Program-made: the position numbers and the translations under genes
Assembly: GCA_035649275.1 (NCBI GenBank)
Contig: DASRJW010000049.1
Span: forward strand, 3,018 to 67,017
Direction of reading: 5' to 3'
Length of the DNA: 64,000 bases
Origin: Candidatus Krumholzibacteriia bacterium
GTDB taxonomy: Bacteria > Krumholzibacteriota > Krumholzibacteriia > G020349025
The notes under the pieces: generated by a model
What the model was told of the DNA's origin: nothing
Databases searched by the model: none
The model's input: only the letters and a program-made list of their open reading frames with translations
Part shown: one piece after another, positions 18,398-31,324 of the stretch
How the letters are laid out: each line of letters begins with the position of its first letter
Position numbering within the stretch: the stretch's first letter is position 1

Positions 18398-20227
18398 ATG
18401 TGCGGAATCATTGCCTATATCGGAGACAAACCAGCGCTGCCGATCCTCATGGAGGGTCTGAAGCGCCTGGAGTATCGCGGCTACGACTCGGCGGGGGTGG
18501 CCCTCGTCGACGGCAAGCTGCGCATCGAGAAGTGCGTCGGTCGCATCGCCCAGCTGGAAGAGCACGTCGCGCCGCTGGTGCTCCCGGGCAGCCTCGGCAT
18601 GGCCCACACCCGCTGGGCGACACACGGCGAGCCCACCACCATCAACGCCCACCCGCACACCGACTGCACCGGCAAGCTCGCGGTCATCCACAACGGCATC
18701 ATCGAGAACTTCGAGTCCCTGAAGCGCAACCTGTTGCATCGCGGTCACACCTTCAAGAGCGAGACCGACACCGAGGTGCTGGCCCACCTGATCGAGGAGT
18801 TCTACGACGGCCGGCTGGACGAGGCGGTGCGCGCCGCCCTGGGACGGGTGGAGGGCACCTTCGGCATCGCCGTGCTGCACGCCGACGAGCCCCGCCGCAT
18901 CGTCGGGGCGCGCAACGGCAGCCCGCTCATCGTGGGCATCGGCGACGGCGAGTACTTCCTGGCCAGCGATGCCAGCGCCATCCTCCGCCACACCCGCCAG
19001 GTCATCTATCTCGAGGACCAGGAGATGGTGGCGCTCGGAGACGAAGCGCCGCTGTTCACCAGCGTCGAGGACGGCGCCGAGGAGATCGCCAAGGAGGCCA
19101 CCGAGATCGAGTGGGACCTGGCGATGATCGAGAAGGGCGGCTACTCGCACTTCATGCTCAAAGAGATCTTCGAGCAGCCGTCGACGATCCGCAACGCCTT
19201 CCGCGGCCGTCTCCTGGTGGAAGAAGGCGACGCCAAGCTGGGCGGCCTCAACATGACGCGGGAAGAGCTGCGGGAGGTGAAGCGCGTCGTCCTCATCGGC
19301 TGCGGCACCTCCTGGCACGCGGCGCTGCTCGGCGAGTACATGATCGAGGAGGTGGCGCGCATCGGCGTCGAGGTGGAGTACGCCAGCGAGTTCCGCTACC
19401 GCAATCCCATCGTCGAGGAGGGCACGATCACCTTCGTGATCTCCCAGTCCGGCGAGACCATCGACACCCTGGCAGCGATGCGCGAAGCGAAGCGCAAGGG
19501 CGCCCGCACCCTCGGCATCGTCAACGTCGTCGGCTCCACCATCGCCCGCGAGTCCGACGGCGGCGTCTACATCCATGCCGGTCCGGAGATCGGCGTCGCC
19601 TCCACCAAGGCCTTCACTTCCCAGGCCACGGTGCTCGCCATCATCACGCTGCTCCTCGGTCGCTTGCGCAACATGTCGCGCCAGGAGGGCCGGCGCCTGA
19701 TCGCGGCGCTGGAGGAGCTGCCCGGGCAGATCGAGCAGATCCTCGCCCAGGACGCCGCCATCGAGGAAATCGCCCGGGTCTACCAGCATCACGACAACTT
19801 CCTCTATCTCGGGCGCGGCCCGAACTTCCCGGTGGCCCTGGAGGGAGCGCTCAAACTCAAGGAGATCTCCTACGTCCACGCCGAAGGCTATCCGGCGGCG
19901 GAGATGAAGCACGGTCCCATCGCTCTCATCGACGAGAACATGCCCGTCGTGGTCATCGCCACCCGCGACAGCGGTTACCGCAAGATCGTCGGCAACGTCG
20001 AAGAGGTGAAGGCGCGCAAGGGGCGCATCATCGCGGTGGTGACCGAGGGCGACACCGACATCGTCAAGAAGGCCGACCACACTCTCATCGTGCCGGAAAC
20101 GCTGAGCCTGCTCACCCCGATCCTGTCGGTGGTGCCCTTGCAGCTCCTGGCCTACCACATCGCCGTGATGCGCGGCTGCGACGTGGACCGGCCGCGCAAC
20201 CTGGCCAAGTCGGTCACGGTGGAGTAG
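18398..20227 (+). CDS. glmS: Glutamine--fructose-6-phosphate aminotransferase
   Basis: N-terminal MCGIIAY (catalytic Cys2; the ORF-track start at 18389 is 3 codons upstream), two SIS domains, C-terminal DRPRNLAKSVTVE. Confidence 0.92.
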   Translation: MCGIIAYIGDKPALPILMEGLKRLEYRGYDSAGVALVDGKLRIEKCVGRIAQLEEHVAPLVLPGSLGMAHTRWATHGEPTTINAHPHTDCTGKLAVIHNGIIENFESLKRNLLHRGHTFKSETDTEVLAHLIEEFYDGRLDEAVRAALGRVEGTFGIAVLHADEPRRIVGARNGSPLIVGIGDGEYFLASDASAILRHTRQVIYLEDQEMVALGDEAPLFTSVEDGAEEIAKEATEIEWDLAMIEKGGYSHFMLKEIFEQPSTIRNAFRGRLLVEEGDAKLGGLNMTREELREVKRVVLIGCGTSWHAALLGEYMIEEVARIGVEVEYASEFRYRNPIVEEGTITFVISQSGETIDTLAAMREAKRKGARTLGIVNVVGSTIARESDGGVYIHAGPEIGVASTKAFTSQATVLAIITLLLGRLRNMSRQEGRRLIAALEELPGQIEQILAQDAAIEEIARVYQHHDNFLYLGRGPNFPVALEGALKLKEISYVHAEGYPAAEMKHGPIALIDENMPVVVIATRDSGYRKIVGNVEEVKARKGRIIAVVTEGDTDIVKKADHTLIVPETLSLLTPILSVVPLQLLAYHIAVMRGCDVDRPRNLAKSVTVE

Positions 20228-20229
20228 GG

Positions 20230-20610
20230 ATGCGACGGGTGATCCAAACTCCGCAAGCGCCGGCGGCGATCGGCCCTTACAGTCAGGGTGTGGCGGTGGG
20301 TTCGTTCCTGCACACCGCCGGCCAGATCGGCCTCGATCCCGCCACGGGCAAGCTCGTGGGCGGCGGCATCGAGACGGAGACGCGGCGGGCGCTGCAGAAC
20401 CTCCGTGCCATCGTCGAGGCCGCCGGCGCCCGTCTCGAGGACGTGGTGAAGACGACGGTGTTCCTGACCACGATGGACGATTTCGCCGCCATGAACCGCG
20501 TCTACGCCGAGTTCTTCCCGGAGCAACCGCCAGCGCGCAGCACCGTCGCGGTCCTGGCGCTCCCGGCCGGGGCGCGCGTCGAGATCGAAGCCCTGGTGCG
20601 CGGCGCGTGA
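20230..20610 (+). CDS. ridA: RidA / YjgF-family reactive enamine-imine deaminase
   Basis: Last 127 codons of the artefactual ORF 18130..20610. ATG at 20230. APAAIGPYSQG, GQIGLDP.TG, VVKTTVFL..M.DFA..N.VY..FF, PARS.V.V..LP.GA.VEIE. Confidence 0.85.
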   Translation: MRRVIQTPQAPAAIGPYSQGVAVGSFLHTAGQIGLDPATGKLVGGGIETETRRALQNLRAIVEAAGARLEDVVKTTVFLTTMDDFAAMNRVYAEFFPEQPPARSTVAVLALPAGARVEIEALVRGA

Positions 20611-20687
20611 GCCCTGCTCCTTGCCCCGCTCCTCACGCATTCCCTACCATACGCGGACGCCTGCCGCGGGCCTGCGGCGCGGGCGCC

Positions 20688-20784
20688 GGGAGTGGATGGG
20701 TCCTGGTGGGCCTCGAGGGCTTCAAACCCTTTGTCGGGTGCTAATCCCATCCGAGGTGGGTTCGATTCCCACACATTCCCGCCA
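20688..20784 (+). tRNA. selC: tRNA-Sec (selenocysteine tRNA, anticodon TCA)
   Basis: 97 nt. Acceptor GGGAGTG(G)/(A)CATTCCC has 7 bp plus one mismatch at the eighth position. 6-bp D stem GGGTCC/GGGCCT with a 4-nt loop TGGT. Anticodon loop CTTCAAA. Long variable arm TCGGGTG-CTAATCC-CATCCGA (7 bp). T arm GTGGG-TTCGATT-CCCAC, discriminator G, CCA. This is the geometry expected for bacterial tRNA-Sec. Confidence 0.8.
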
Positions 20785-20795
20785 TCTCCGGAGCG

Positions 20796-21506
20796 ATGCC
20801 TGTGGGTGGGGTGAGGCGACAGGCGGTGGTGCTCCTGCTTGGACTCCTGCCGGTGGGGCCCGTGGCGGCGCTTTCCACCCCGGCGGCGGTAGAGAGCGCG
20901 TCGGTGGGGCAAGCGGCCGCCGCAAGCGACCGCAGGGCGAGCGCCTCGGTGGGAAGCGCCAGCGTGGGAGGGGCGACGACGCCGGGGAGCGGGCCGAGCG
21001 GGAAGGCGGCGTGGACGTCCCCGGGACTGCAGCTCGGCCTGCGCGACTGGTTCGGGCGTCCGGCCACGGAACCCGTGGGGCGGCCGTGGCAGCGACAGAA
21101 GAATCCCACCGTGGCCATGGTGAGCTCTCTCCTCGTGCCCGGCCTCGGTCAGCTGTACAACGAACGCGAGTTCTGGTCCGTCGTCGCGGCAGGAGTGCAC
21201 TTCTACTTCCTCGGGGACATCATCGTGGAACAGCGCCTGGCCAACCGCTATCGGACCTTGAAGAACCTGCCGGTGGACCCGAACGACCCGGCCTCGGTGC
21301 AGGCGCAGCAGGAAGCGGAGGTCCTCTTCCTCCTCTACCGTGACAACCGCATCCAGAGCACGTGGCTGCTCGGCCTCACCTTGCTGCTCAGCGGCCTGCA
21401 GTGCTACGTGGATGCCCATCTGTTCGATTTCGACGCCGGCGCGTCGCTGCAGTTCGTGCCGAGCTTCGGCGCCGTGCAGGGTGGGGCCCTGCGCCTGCGC
21501 TTCTAG
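20796..21506 (+). CDS. Membrane protein, DUF5683-like
   Basis: Signal/TM segment, low-complexity Ala/Ser linker, then [21 protein letters not shown]...[29 protein letters not shown], which resembles the DUF5683 pattern common in FCB-group bacteria (recognised from memory, not searched). Confidence 0.5.
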   Translation: MPVGGVRRQAVVLLLGLLPVGPVAALSTPAAVESASVGQAAAASDRRASASVGSASVGGATTPGSGPSGKAAWTSPGLQLGLRDWFGRPATEPVGRPWQRQKNPTVAMVSSLLVPGLGQLYNEREFWSVVAAGVHFYFLGDIIVEQRLANRYRTLKNLPVDPNDPASVQAQQEAEVLFLLYRDNRIQSTWLLGLTLLLSGLQCYVDAHLFDFDAGASLQFVPSFGAVQGGALRLRF

Positions 21507-21538
21507 GACCCATCGCTCGGGGAGACGACACCGCGCGC

Positions 21539-23335
<1,797 letters not shown>

Positions 23336-23373
23336 CCTGGAGGGCACGGCCGCGCCTGGATCAAGGAGCGCTC

Positions 23374-24075
23374 ATGCCGAGGGAGGAAAAGACGATGCGG
23401 GCGATGGAAGCGGACCGGCCGGCACGCGGGCTGGAGGCCAAGGCGGCGGGCCGCACGGCGCGCAGCCGTTCCAAGTTCCGGGAATACGCCGAAGCCATCG
23501 TCGTCGCCGTGGCGCTGGCGCTCTTCTTTCGTCAGTTCGTCGTCCAGGCCTTCCGCATTCCCTCGAGCTCCATGGAGAGCACTCTTCTGGTGGGGGATTT
23601 CCTCTTCGTGAACAAGTTCCTCTACGGAGCGCAGATCCCTTTCACCAGCTGGCGCCTGCCCGCCATCCGCCAGCCCCGCACTGGGGACATCATCGTCTTC
23701 AAGTCGCCGACCGATGGGCGGGATTTCATCAAGCGTTGCGTGGCCGTGGCCGGCGACACCGTGGAGATGCGCGGCAAGGTGCTGTGGGTGAACGGCAAGA
23801 GGCGGGACGAACCGTTCACGCAGCACACCGATCGCGGCATGCTGCTGGCGTCGCAGGCGCCGCGGGACTGGATGGGGCCGCTCGTCATTCCGCCCGGTCA
23901 CATCTTCATGCTCGGTGACAACCGGGACAACTCCCACGACAGCCGCTTCTGGGGACCCCTCCCGGTGGGGCGGGTGCGCGGCAAGGCGATGTTCATCTAC
24001 TTCTCCATCGACACCGCTCGGGGCTTCGTGCCCCCCCATCTGCGCTTCACCCGCTTCGGCGATCTCATCCGCTGA
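23374..24075 (+). CDS. lepB: Signal peptidase I
   Basis: TM anchor then RIPSSSMESTL (catalytic Ser box), GDIIVF, IKRCVAVAGD (Lys box), GDNRDNSHDSRFWG. Confidence 0.88.
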   Translation: MPREEKTMRAMEADRPARGLEAKAAGRTARSRSKFREYAEAIVVAVALALFFRQFVVQAFRIPSSSMESTLLVGDFLFVNKFLYGAQIPFTSWRLPAIRQPRTGDIIVFKSPTDGRDFIKRCVAVAGDTVEMRGKVLWVNGKRRDEPFTQHTDRGMLLASQAPRDWMGPLVIPPGHIFMLGDNRDNSHDSRFWGPLPVGRVRGKAMFIYFSIDTARGFVPPHLRFTRFGDLIR

Positions 24076-24081
24076 AGCGCC

Positions 24082-25275
24082 ATGCGGGCCGCCACGGCGA
24101 AGGACGTCCACTTCGGCGTCTACGTGCACCTCCCGTTCTGCCGCGTGCAGTGTCCCTACTGCACCTTCTTCACCGTGCCGCGGCCGGAGAGGCGCGAGGT
24201 CTTCGCCCGTTTCCTCGCCGGCGTCCGGCGTGAGTGGTCGCTCCGCGTCGGTCCCCGTCTCCAAAGCGGCGACCGCCTGCGCACTCTCTATCTCGGCGGC
24301 GGGACGCCGAGCGACGTCCCGCCGGATCTCCTCGCCGACTTCCTCGCCGCCCTCGTCGCCGAGCTTCCTGGCGGCCTCGGCGAGCTCGAAGAGACCACGG
24401 TGGAGTGCAATCCGGAGTCGGTGACTGCAGAGACGCTGGCGCGTCTCCGCGCCCAGGGCGTGGACCGGATCAGCCTGGGCGTGCAGGCTTTGCACCCCGA
24501 CGACCTGCGCCGCCTCGGCCGGGCGGCGGAGGTCGAGCAGGTGCTCGCCTCGATCGACGCCGTCGCCGCGCGCTTCGAGCGCTGGAGCGCCGACCTCATC
24601 CTCGGAATCCCCGGCTCGAGTCGGGCGCGACTCCGTCACAGCCTCACCGTTCTGCAGCAGGCCGGGGCGCCGCACCTCTCCTTTTATTGTCTCGAGCTGC
24701 CGGCCTCGCGCGCCGGCGCGCTCGGCACCCCGTGGGGGGAGGAACGCCTGGCGAGGACCTACGAGTTCGTCTCCGCCTGGCTCGAGCAACGAGGCTACGA
24801 GCACTACGAGATCTCCAGCGCGGCGCGACCCGGAGAGAGGGCGCGACACAATGGGGCCTACTGGGAGAGGCTGGACTACGTGGGCCTCGGACCTGGAGCG
24901 CACTCTTTCGCGGCCAGCGTGCGGCAGGCGAACAGGCCCGATCTGAACGCCTACCTCGAGGCGCTGGAGCAGGGCGGGTTGCCCCCTGCCGCGCGGGAAG
25001 TCCTCACTCCCGCCGCGGTGCGGCGGGAAGAAGTCCTCCTCGGTCTCCGGCGGCGGGAGGGGGTGGCTTGGGCGGTCGACGGTCTGGAGGCGGCGCGAGA
25101 CTTCCTCCAGGACCTGGTTCGAGAGGGCCTGGGGCGCTTCGAGGGTCCCCGTTTCCGCCTCACCACGAGAGGCTGGATGGTATCGGATTCGATTGTTTCA
25201 CAGCTACTTACGTACATGGAAGGGGTGGCTCCCCGGGTTGACAAGCCGCCGCCGGCGCCGCTACATTCGACCTAG
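24082..25275 (+). CDS. hemW: Radical-SAM heme chaperone HemW (HemN-like, oxygen-independent coproporphyrinogen oxidase family)
   Basis: VYVHLPFCRVQCPYCTF radical-SAM CxxxCxxC motif, LYLGGGTPS, HemN C-terminal domain. Positioned between lepA/lepB and hrcA, as in Bacillus. Confidence 0.85.
   Translation: MRAATAKDVHFGVYVHLPFCRVQCPYCTFFTVPRPERREVFARFLAGVRREWSLRVGPRLQSGDRLRTLYLGGGTPSDVPPDLLADFLAALVAELPGGLGELEETTVECNPESVTAETLARLRAQGVDRISLGVQALHPDDLRRLGRAAEVEQVLASIDAVAARFERWSADLILGIPGSSRARLRHSLTVLQQAGAPHLSFYCLELPASRAGALGTPWGEERLARTYEFVSAWLEQRGYEHYEISSAARPGERARHNGAYWERLDYVGLGPGAHSFAASVRQANRPDLNAYLEALEQGGLPPAAREVLTPAAVRREEVLLGLRRREGVAWAVDGLEAARDFLQDLVREGLGRFEGPRFRLTTRGWMVSDSIVSQLLTYMEGVAPRVDKPPPAPLHST
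25238..25267 (+). promoter_or_regulatory. Sigma-70-type promoter of the hrcA-grpE-dnaK-dnaJ operon
   Basis: TTGACA (25238-25243), 18-nt spacer, TACATT (25262-25267), located inside the 3' end of hemW. The CIRCE element begins 5 nt after the -10 element. Confidence 0.6.
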
Positions 25276-25298
25276 CAGTCGACACCTGAGAGTGCTAA
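25272..25298 (+). promoter_or_regulatory. CIRCE operator (HrcA binding site)
   Basis: CTAGCAGTC-N9-GAGTGCTAA versus the consensus TTAGCACTC-N9-GAGTGCTAA. 7 of 9 positions match in the left arm and 9 of 9 in the right arm. It overlaps the hemW stop codon. Confidence 0.8.
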
Positions 25299-25310
25299 CG
25301 AGGGGTGGAG

Positions 25311-26354
25311 ATGCAGCTCACGGAACGAGAACGCACCGTGCTCGCGGCGCTGGTGGAACTCTTCGTCCGCGACGCCGGTCCGGTGAGCTCGGGGCACCTG
25401 CAAGAGATCATCGGCCTCGGGGTCTCGAGCGCCACGATCCGCAACGTCCTGCAGCGGCTGGAGGAGAAGGGTCTCCTGCACCAGCCGCACACCTCGGCGG
25501 GCCGCGTCCCCACGCGCGACGGCTATCGGGTGTACGTGGAGAGTTTCTGCCGCCCGGCTCGCCTGCCCGCCACCTGGGTGCGCCGCATCCACGAGGAGCT
25601 GCTGCCGGCCGGGGCGCAGCCGCCGGTGCAGGAAGTGCTCGCCAAGGTGTCTCAGCTCCTGGCGGCGCTGTCGAGCAACGTCGGCTTCGGCGTCGCGGTG
25701 GAGGATCATCATAGCGCCCGAGTGCAGCGCATCGAGATGGTGCAGCTGGAGCACGCCCGTCTCCTCGTCCTCGTCACCCTGGACGACGGCATGGTGCGCA
25801 CCTGTCTCGCGCCCCTCGAGCGCCGCTATCCCGATCTCACCTTGGCGCTCGCCGAGCACCTGCTTCACGACATCGTCCGCGGTTGCACGCCCGGGGAGGC
25901 GCGGCGAAGGCTGGACGTGGCGCTCGCCCAGCACACCGGGGACGCCGGCACCATCGCCCGAGTGGTGGCGCGGGAGAAGGAGAAGCTCTTCGAGGAACGC
26001 GCCGTCCCCACCGTGCGTCTCGAGGGGGCGACGCAGATCATCGGGCAACCGGAGTTCCAGGATCCCGAGAACCTACGCCTCCTCGTCAAGGTTCTCGATC
26101 ATCCCGAGCGCTTGGGACAGGGACTGCCGGGAGCGGGCACGACGATCACCATCGGTGTCGCCACCGACGTCGAGGAGCTGCCGTTCAGCATAGTCTCCGC
26201 CGCCATGCAGCTCGGCGGCTGGGAAGGTCAGGTGGGCATCCTCGGGCCCATGCGCATGCGCTACGCTCTCGCCCTCGCTCTGGTCCAGAGCGTGGTGGAG
26301 ACGCTGAGCGGCGTCGAACCGCGACCCGAGGGAGGTCCGCGTGAGAGAGCCTGA
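25311..26354 (+). CDS. hrcA: Heat-inducible transcription repressor HrcA
   Basis: MQLTERERTVLAALVELF...PVSSGHL...SSATIRNVL..LEEKGLL.QPHTSAGRVPT. ATG at 25311 (the ORF-track GTG at 25305 is an alternative start). Confidence 0.88.
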   Translation: MQLTERERTVLAALVELFVRDAGPVSSGHLQEIIGLGVSSATIRNVLQRLEEKGLLHQPHTSAGRVPTRDGYRVYVESFCRPARLPATWVRRIHEELLPAGAQPPVQEVLAKVSQLLAALSSNVGFGVAVEDHHSARVQRIEMVQLEHARLLVLVTLDDGMVRTCLAPLERRYPDLTLALAEHLLHDIVRGCTPGEARRRLDVALAQHTGDAGTIARVVAREKEKLFEERAVPTVRLEGATQIIGQPEFQDPENLRLLVKVLDHPERLGQGLPGAGTTITIGVATDVEELPFSIVSAAMQLGGWEGQVGILGPMRMRYALALALVQSVVETLSGVEPRPEGGPRERA

Positions 26355-26910
26355 GCCGGCGCCGTCCACCCCGGCGGCGGAAGAACTCCGGGACGCTTCG
26401 GAGCAGGCCGAGGATCTGCCGCCGGTGGACGAGGCGACCGCGCTCCGCGCGGCGCTCGAAGCGCTGCAACGGCAGCACGAGGAAGTCGTCCAGGAGCGCC
26501 AAGCGCTCCACGACCGCTACCTCCGCCTGGCGGCGGAGTTCGACAACTTCCGCAAGCGCAATGCGCGGGAATGGCAAGAGCAGCGCCAGCGTGCGGCGGC
26601 GGAGGTGCTGCGCGCGGTGCTCGAGATCGCCGACAATCTGGAGCGCGCTCTGCAAGCGCCGGCGGCGGACGCGCAGGGATTGCGGGGCGGAGTCGAGCTC
26701 ATTCGGCAGCAGCTGCAGGCGTTGTTGCAGCGCTTCGGCATCGCCTGCATCGAGGCCAAAGGGTTGCCCTTCGATCCGGCCCGGCACGAAGCGGTCCTGC
26801 TCGTGGAGTCGGAGGGCGTGGAGAGCCAGCACGTCGTGGACGTGGTGCAGCAGGGCTACACTTTGCACGGCGAGATTTTGCGTCCGGCGCGCGTCACCGT
26901 GTCGCGCTGA
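26341..26910 (+). CDS. grpE: Nucleotide exchange factor GrpE
   Basis: YLRLAAEFDNFRKR, ...FDP..HEAV......V...GY.L.G.ILRPA.V.VS. The GTG start overlaps the hrcA end. Confidence 0.88.
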   Translation: MREPEPAPSTPAAEELRDASEQAEDLPPVDEATALRAALEALQRQHEEVVQERQALHDRYLRLAAEFDNFRKRNAREWQEQRQRAAAEVLRAVLEIADNLERALQAPAADAQGLRGGVELIRQQLQALLQRFGIACIEAKGLPFDPARHEAVLLVESEGVESQHVVDVVQQGYTLHGEILRPARVTVSR

Positions 26911-26975
26911 GCGGCGCCGGAGGCGGAGAAGAACACTCGCTGCGGGGACGACCCGCCGCGTAAGGAGGCAAGCAC

Positions 26976-28901
<1,926 letters not shown>

Positions 28902-28907
28902 GGATCG

Positions 28908-30032
28908 ATGACGAAACCGGACTACTACGAGCAGCTGGGGGTGTCGCGGGACGCCTCGGCCGAGGACATCAAGAAGGCCTACCGCCGCCAGGCGTTGCAG
29001 TACCACCCGGATCGGAATCCAGGGGACGCCGCGGCGGAGGCGCAATTCAAGGCGGCCACCGAGGCCTACCAGGTGCTCTCGGATGCGGAGAAGCGCTCGA
29101 GCTACGATCGCTTCGGCGAGGCCGGCGTCAAGGGGCAGCACGGGTACACCGACGTCAACGAGGCGCTGCGCGATTTCATGCGTAACTTCGGCGGCTTCGG
29201 CACCGTCTTCGACGATCTCTTCGAATTCGGCGGCGGCAGCCAGGTGCGGCGCGGCGTGCGCCAGGGTCGCAACCTGCAGGCCCACGTCCAGCTCACCCTG
29301 CAGGAGATCGCCACAGGGACGACGAAGAAGCTGCGCATCCGCCACCGGGTGCACTGCACCGCCTGCGGCGGCTCCGGGGCCCGGGCCGGCTCGGCGCCGA
29401 GCACCTGCCGGCAGTGTGGCGGCCGCGGCCAGGTGCAGCGCGTCACCCGCTCCTTCCTCGGCAACATGATGACTGTGACCGAGTGCTCCGCTTGCGGCGG
29501 CAGCGGGCAGACCATCACGGACCCGTGTCCGCAGTGCAGCGGCGAGGGCCTGGAGAGCACCGAGGAGACCTTCTCGGTGCGCGTACCCGCCGGCGTCGCC
29601 ACGGGAAACTACATCCCTCTCCGCGGCCAGGGTGACGGCGGTCCGAACGGTGGCCCGGCGGGGGACGTCTACGTCGTCATCGACGAGAAGGAAGATCCGA
29701 TCTTCCAGCGCGTCGGCGACGACATCATCACCGATGTCTTCGTCTCCTATCCCCAGGCCGTGCTCGGCGCCAAGATCGAGGTGCCGACGCTGGACGCCAA
29801 GGCGGTCCTCACCATCCCGCCCGGAACCCAGTCGCACCGGATCTTCCGCCTGCGCGACAAGGGCATCGGGCACCTGCACGGGAGCGGGCGCGGCGATCAG
29901 CTGGTGCGCGTCATCGTGCACACGCCGGAGAAGGCTTCCAAAGAAGAGCGCCGGCTCCTGGAGCAGCTCCAAGAACTGCCGAACTCCACCCTCCCACCGC
30001 CGCGCAAAGGCCACTACGGCGTCGAGGGCTGA
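28908..30032 (+). CDS. dnaJ: Co-chaperone DnaJ
   Basis: J domain DYYEQLGV...YHPDRNP, G/F region, four CxxCxGxG zinc motifs ([32 protein letters not shown]). Confidence 0.95.
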   Translation: MTKPDYYEQLGVSRDASAEDIKKAYRRQALQYHPDRNPGDAAAEAQFKAATEAYQVLSDAEKRSSYDRFGEAGVKGQHGYTDVNEALRDFMRNFGGFGTVFDDLFEFGGGSQVRRGVRQGRNLQAHVQLTLQEIATGTTKKLRIRHRVHCTACGGSGARAGSAPSTCRQCGGRGQVQRVTRSFLGNMMTVTECSACGGSGQTITDPCPQCSGEGLESTEETFSVRVPAGVATGNYIPLRGQGDGGPNGGPAGDVYVVIDEKEDPIFQRVGDDIITDVFVSYPQAVLGAKIEVPTLDAKAVLTIPPGTQSHRIFRLRDKGIGHLHGSGRGDQLVRVIVHTPEKASKEERRLLEQLQELPNSTLPPPRKGHYGVEG

Positions 30033-30048
30033 CGCGGCTGGCGCGCTC

Positions 30049-30188
30049 GGCGCCGCCGTGCGTCTCGGCTCGGCGGACGCTCCTCGCGCGCGCTCCGGCG
30101 CGCTCGTCGCTCGACACGAGCGCGGCTCGGGCCTCCTGCCCTCGCTACGCGCTCGTGACGCCGCCGCGCCGAGACGCACGGCGGCGCC
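30049..30188 (+). repeat. 140-nt inverted-repeat element immediately downstream of dnaJ (21-bp perfect arms, 98-nt spacer with an internal hairpin)
   Basis: GGCGCCGCCGTGCGTCTCGGC (30049-30069) is the exact reverse complement of GCCGAGACGCACGGCGGCGCC (30168-30188). The arms extend by 6 more bp after one mismatch (CGGCGG 30071-30076 / CCGCCG 30161-30166). Inner hairpin GCGCTCGT (30100-30107) / ACGAGCGC (30116-30123). Confidence 0.85.
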
Positions 30189-30321
30189 GGGGCGCGATGA
30201 CGCGAGAGCCTTCCAGACTCGATGCAGTGCGGGGTTGCGCGCGCTCTGTGGCTGCGCTTGACGCCTTCTGCAAGCGCCCCTAGGGTTCCATGGGCTGCAG
30301 GGGTCCGCCGCGGAGGACATC

Positions 30322-30777
30322 TTGGCCGGTCTTCTCGAACGACTCGATACCGATCTCAAAGCAGCGATGCGTGCCCGGGATGCGGAGCGCACCAGTGTGC
30401 TCCGCATGTTGCTGGCGCGCGTCAAGGAGAAGCAGGTCGAGGGAGATGTGCGCAGCACCTTGACCGAAGCGCAGGTGGAGCAAGTGTTCGCCGCCTTCGC
30501 CAAGCAGCGGCGCGAAGCCGCCGAAGCTTTCGCCCAGGCGGGACGGGCCGATCTGGCGGCGAAGGAAACGCGGGAGCGGGAGATCGTGCTCGGCTATCTG
30601 CCCCAGCCCATGGAGACGGCGGCGCTGCGCGCGGTGGTGCAGGAGGTCATCGCCGAGACCGGGGCGAGCACGGCGCGGGATCTCGGCAAGGTGATGGGCG
30701 CGGTCATGCAGCGCGTGCGTGGCCGCGCCGACGGCGCCGCGGTGCAAGCGCTGGTGCGCGAACTCCTGGGTGCCTGA
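30322..30777 (+). CDS. yqeY: GatB/YqeY-domain protein
   Basis: L..L..DLK.AMRARD..R..VLRML...K..QV....LT.AQV..V......KQRRE....F..AGR.DL...E..E..VL..YLP. TTG start 5 nt after GGAGGA. Confidence 0.75.
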   Translation: MAGLLERLDTDLKAAMRARDAERTSVLRMLLARVKEKQVEGDVRSTLTEAQVEQVFAAFAKQRREAAEAFAQAGRADLAAKETREREIVLGYLPQPMETAALRAVVQEVIAETGASTARDLGKVMGAVMQRVRGRADGAAVQALVRELLGA

Positions 30778-30805
30778 GCCCGGGGCGCGAGTGAGGAGGT
30801 GCGGT

Positions 30806-31324
30806 GTGGTCTGGGTGGATTACGCGATCCTGGCTGGCCTCTTGCTGGCGGCCATCTTCGGCTTCCGCCGCGGTCTGCTGCGCCAGGCAGTGGAGCTGGC
30901 GGGGCTCGTCGGCGGTGTGTTCCTGGCCCTCTACCTGACCGGGGGTCTGGTGCAGGATTATGCTGGTCCGGCGGCACATTGGCGCATTACGCCGACCCTC
31001 GTGTTCCTCACCATCGTGGGCGTGAGCCTGCTGGTGGCCCAGGTCATCGGCAAGGTGGCCGCCGAGGTGGTGGAGGTCACTCTCTTCGGTTGGTTCGATC
31101 AGGTCGGCGGCGCTCTCGCAGGAGTAGGCAAAGGTGCACTGTGGCTGAGCATCATGATCACGATGGTGGTGCACCTGAACGTGAGCCCCAGCCTGAGCGA
31201 CGAGCTGAAGCAATCGAAGCTGGGGCCGCCGCTGGCGAGCCTGCTTCCCGCGGCCTTCGAGGTGGTCCGCACCTACGCCAAGGGCGTGGATCTACAGGAG
31301 CCCTTCCAGGCCGCGACGCGCTGA
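30806..31324 (+). CDS. cvpA: CvpA-family membrane protein (colicin V production protein homologue)
   Basis: VVWVDYAILAGLLLAAIFGFRRGLLRQAVELAGLVGGVFLALYL plus 3 further TM segments. GTG at 30806 follows GAGGAGG. Confidence 0.7.
   Translation: MVWVDYAILAGLLLAAIFGFRRGLLRQAVELAGLVGGVFLALYLTGGLVQDYAGPAAHWRITPTLVFLTIVGVSLLVAQVIGKVAAEVVEVTLFGWFDQVGGALAGVGKGALWLSIMITMVVHLNVSPSLSDELKQSKLGPPLASLLPAAFEVVRTYAKGVDLQEPFQAATR

Noticed and set aside
18130-20610. 826-aa + strand ORF suggesting a large fusion protein
   Set aside because: Most of it is an alternative frame over glmS. Only the last 127 codons, from ATG 20230, encode a real protein (RidA).
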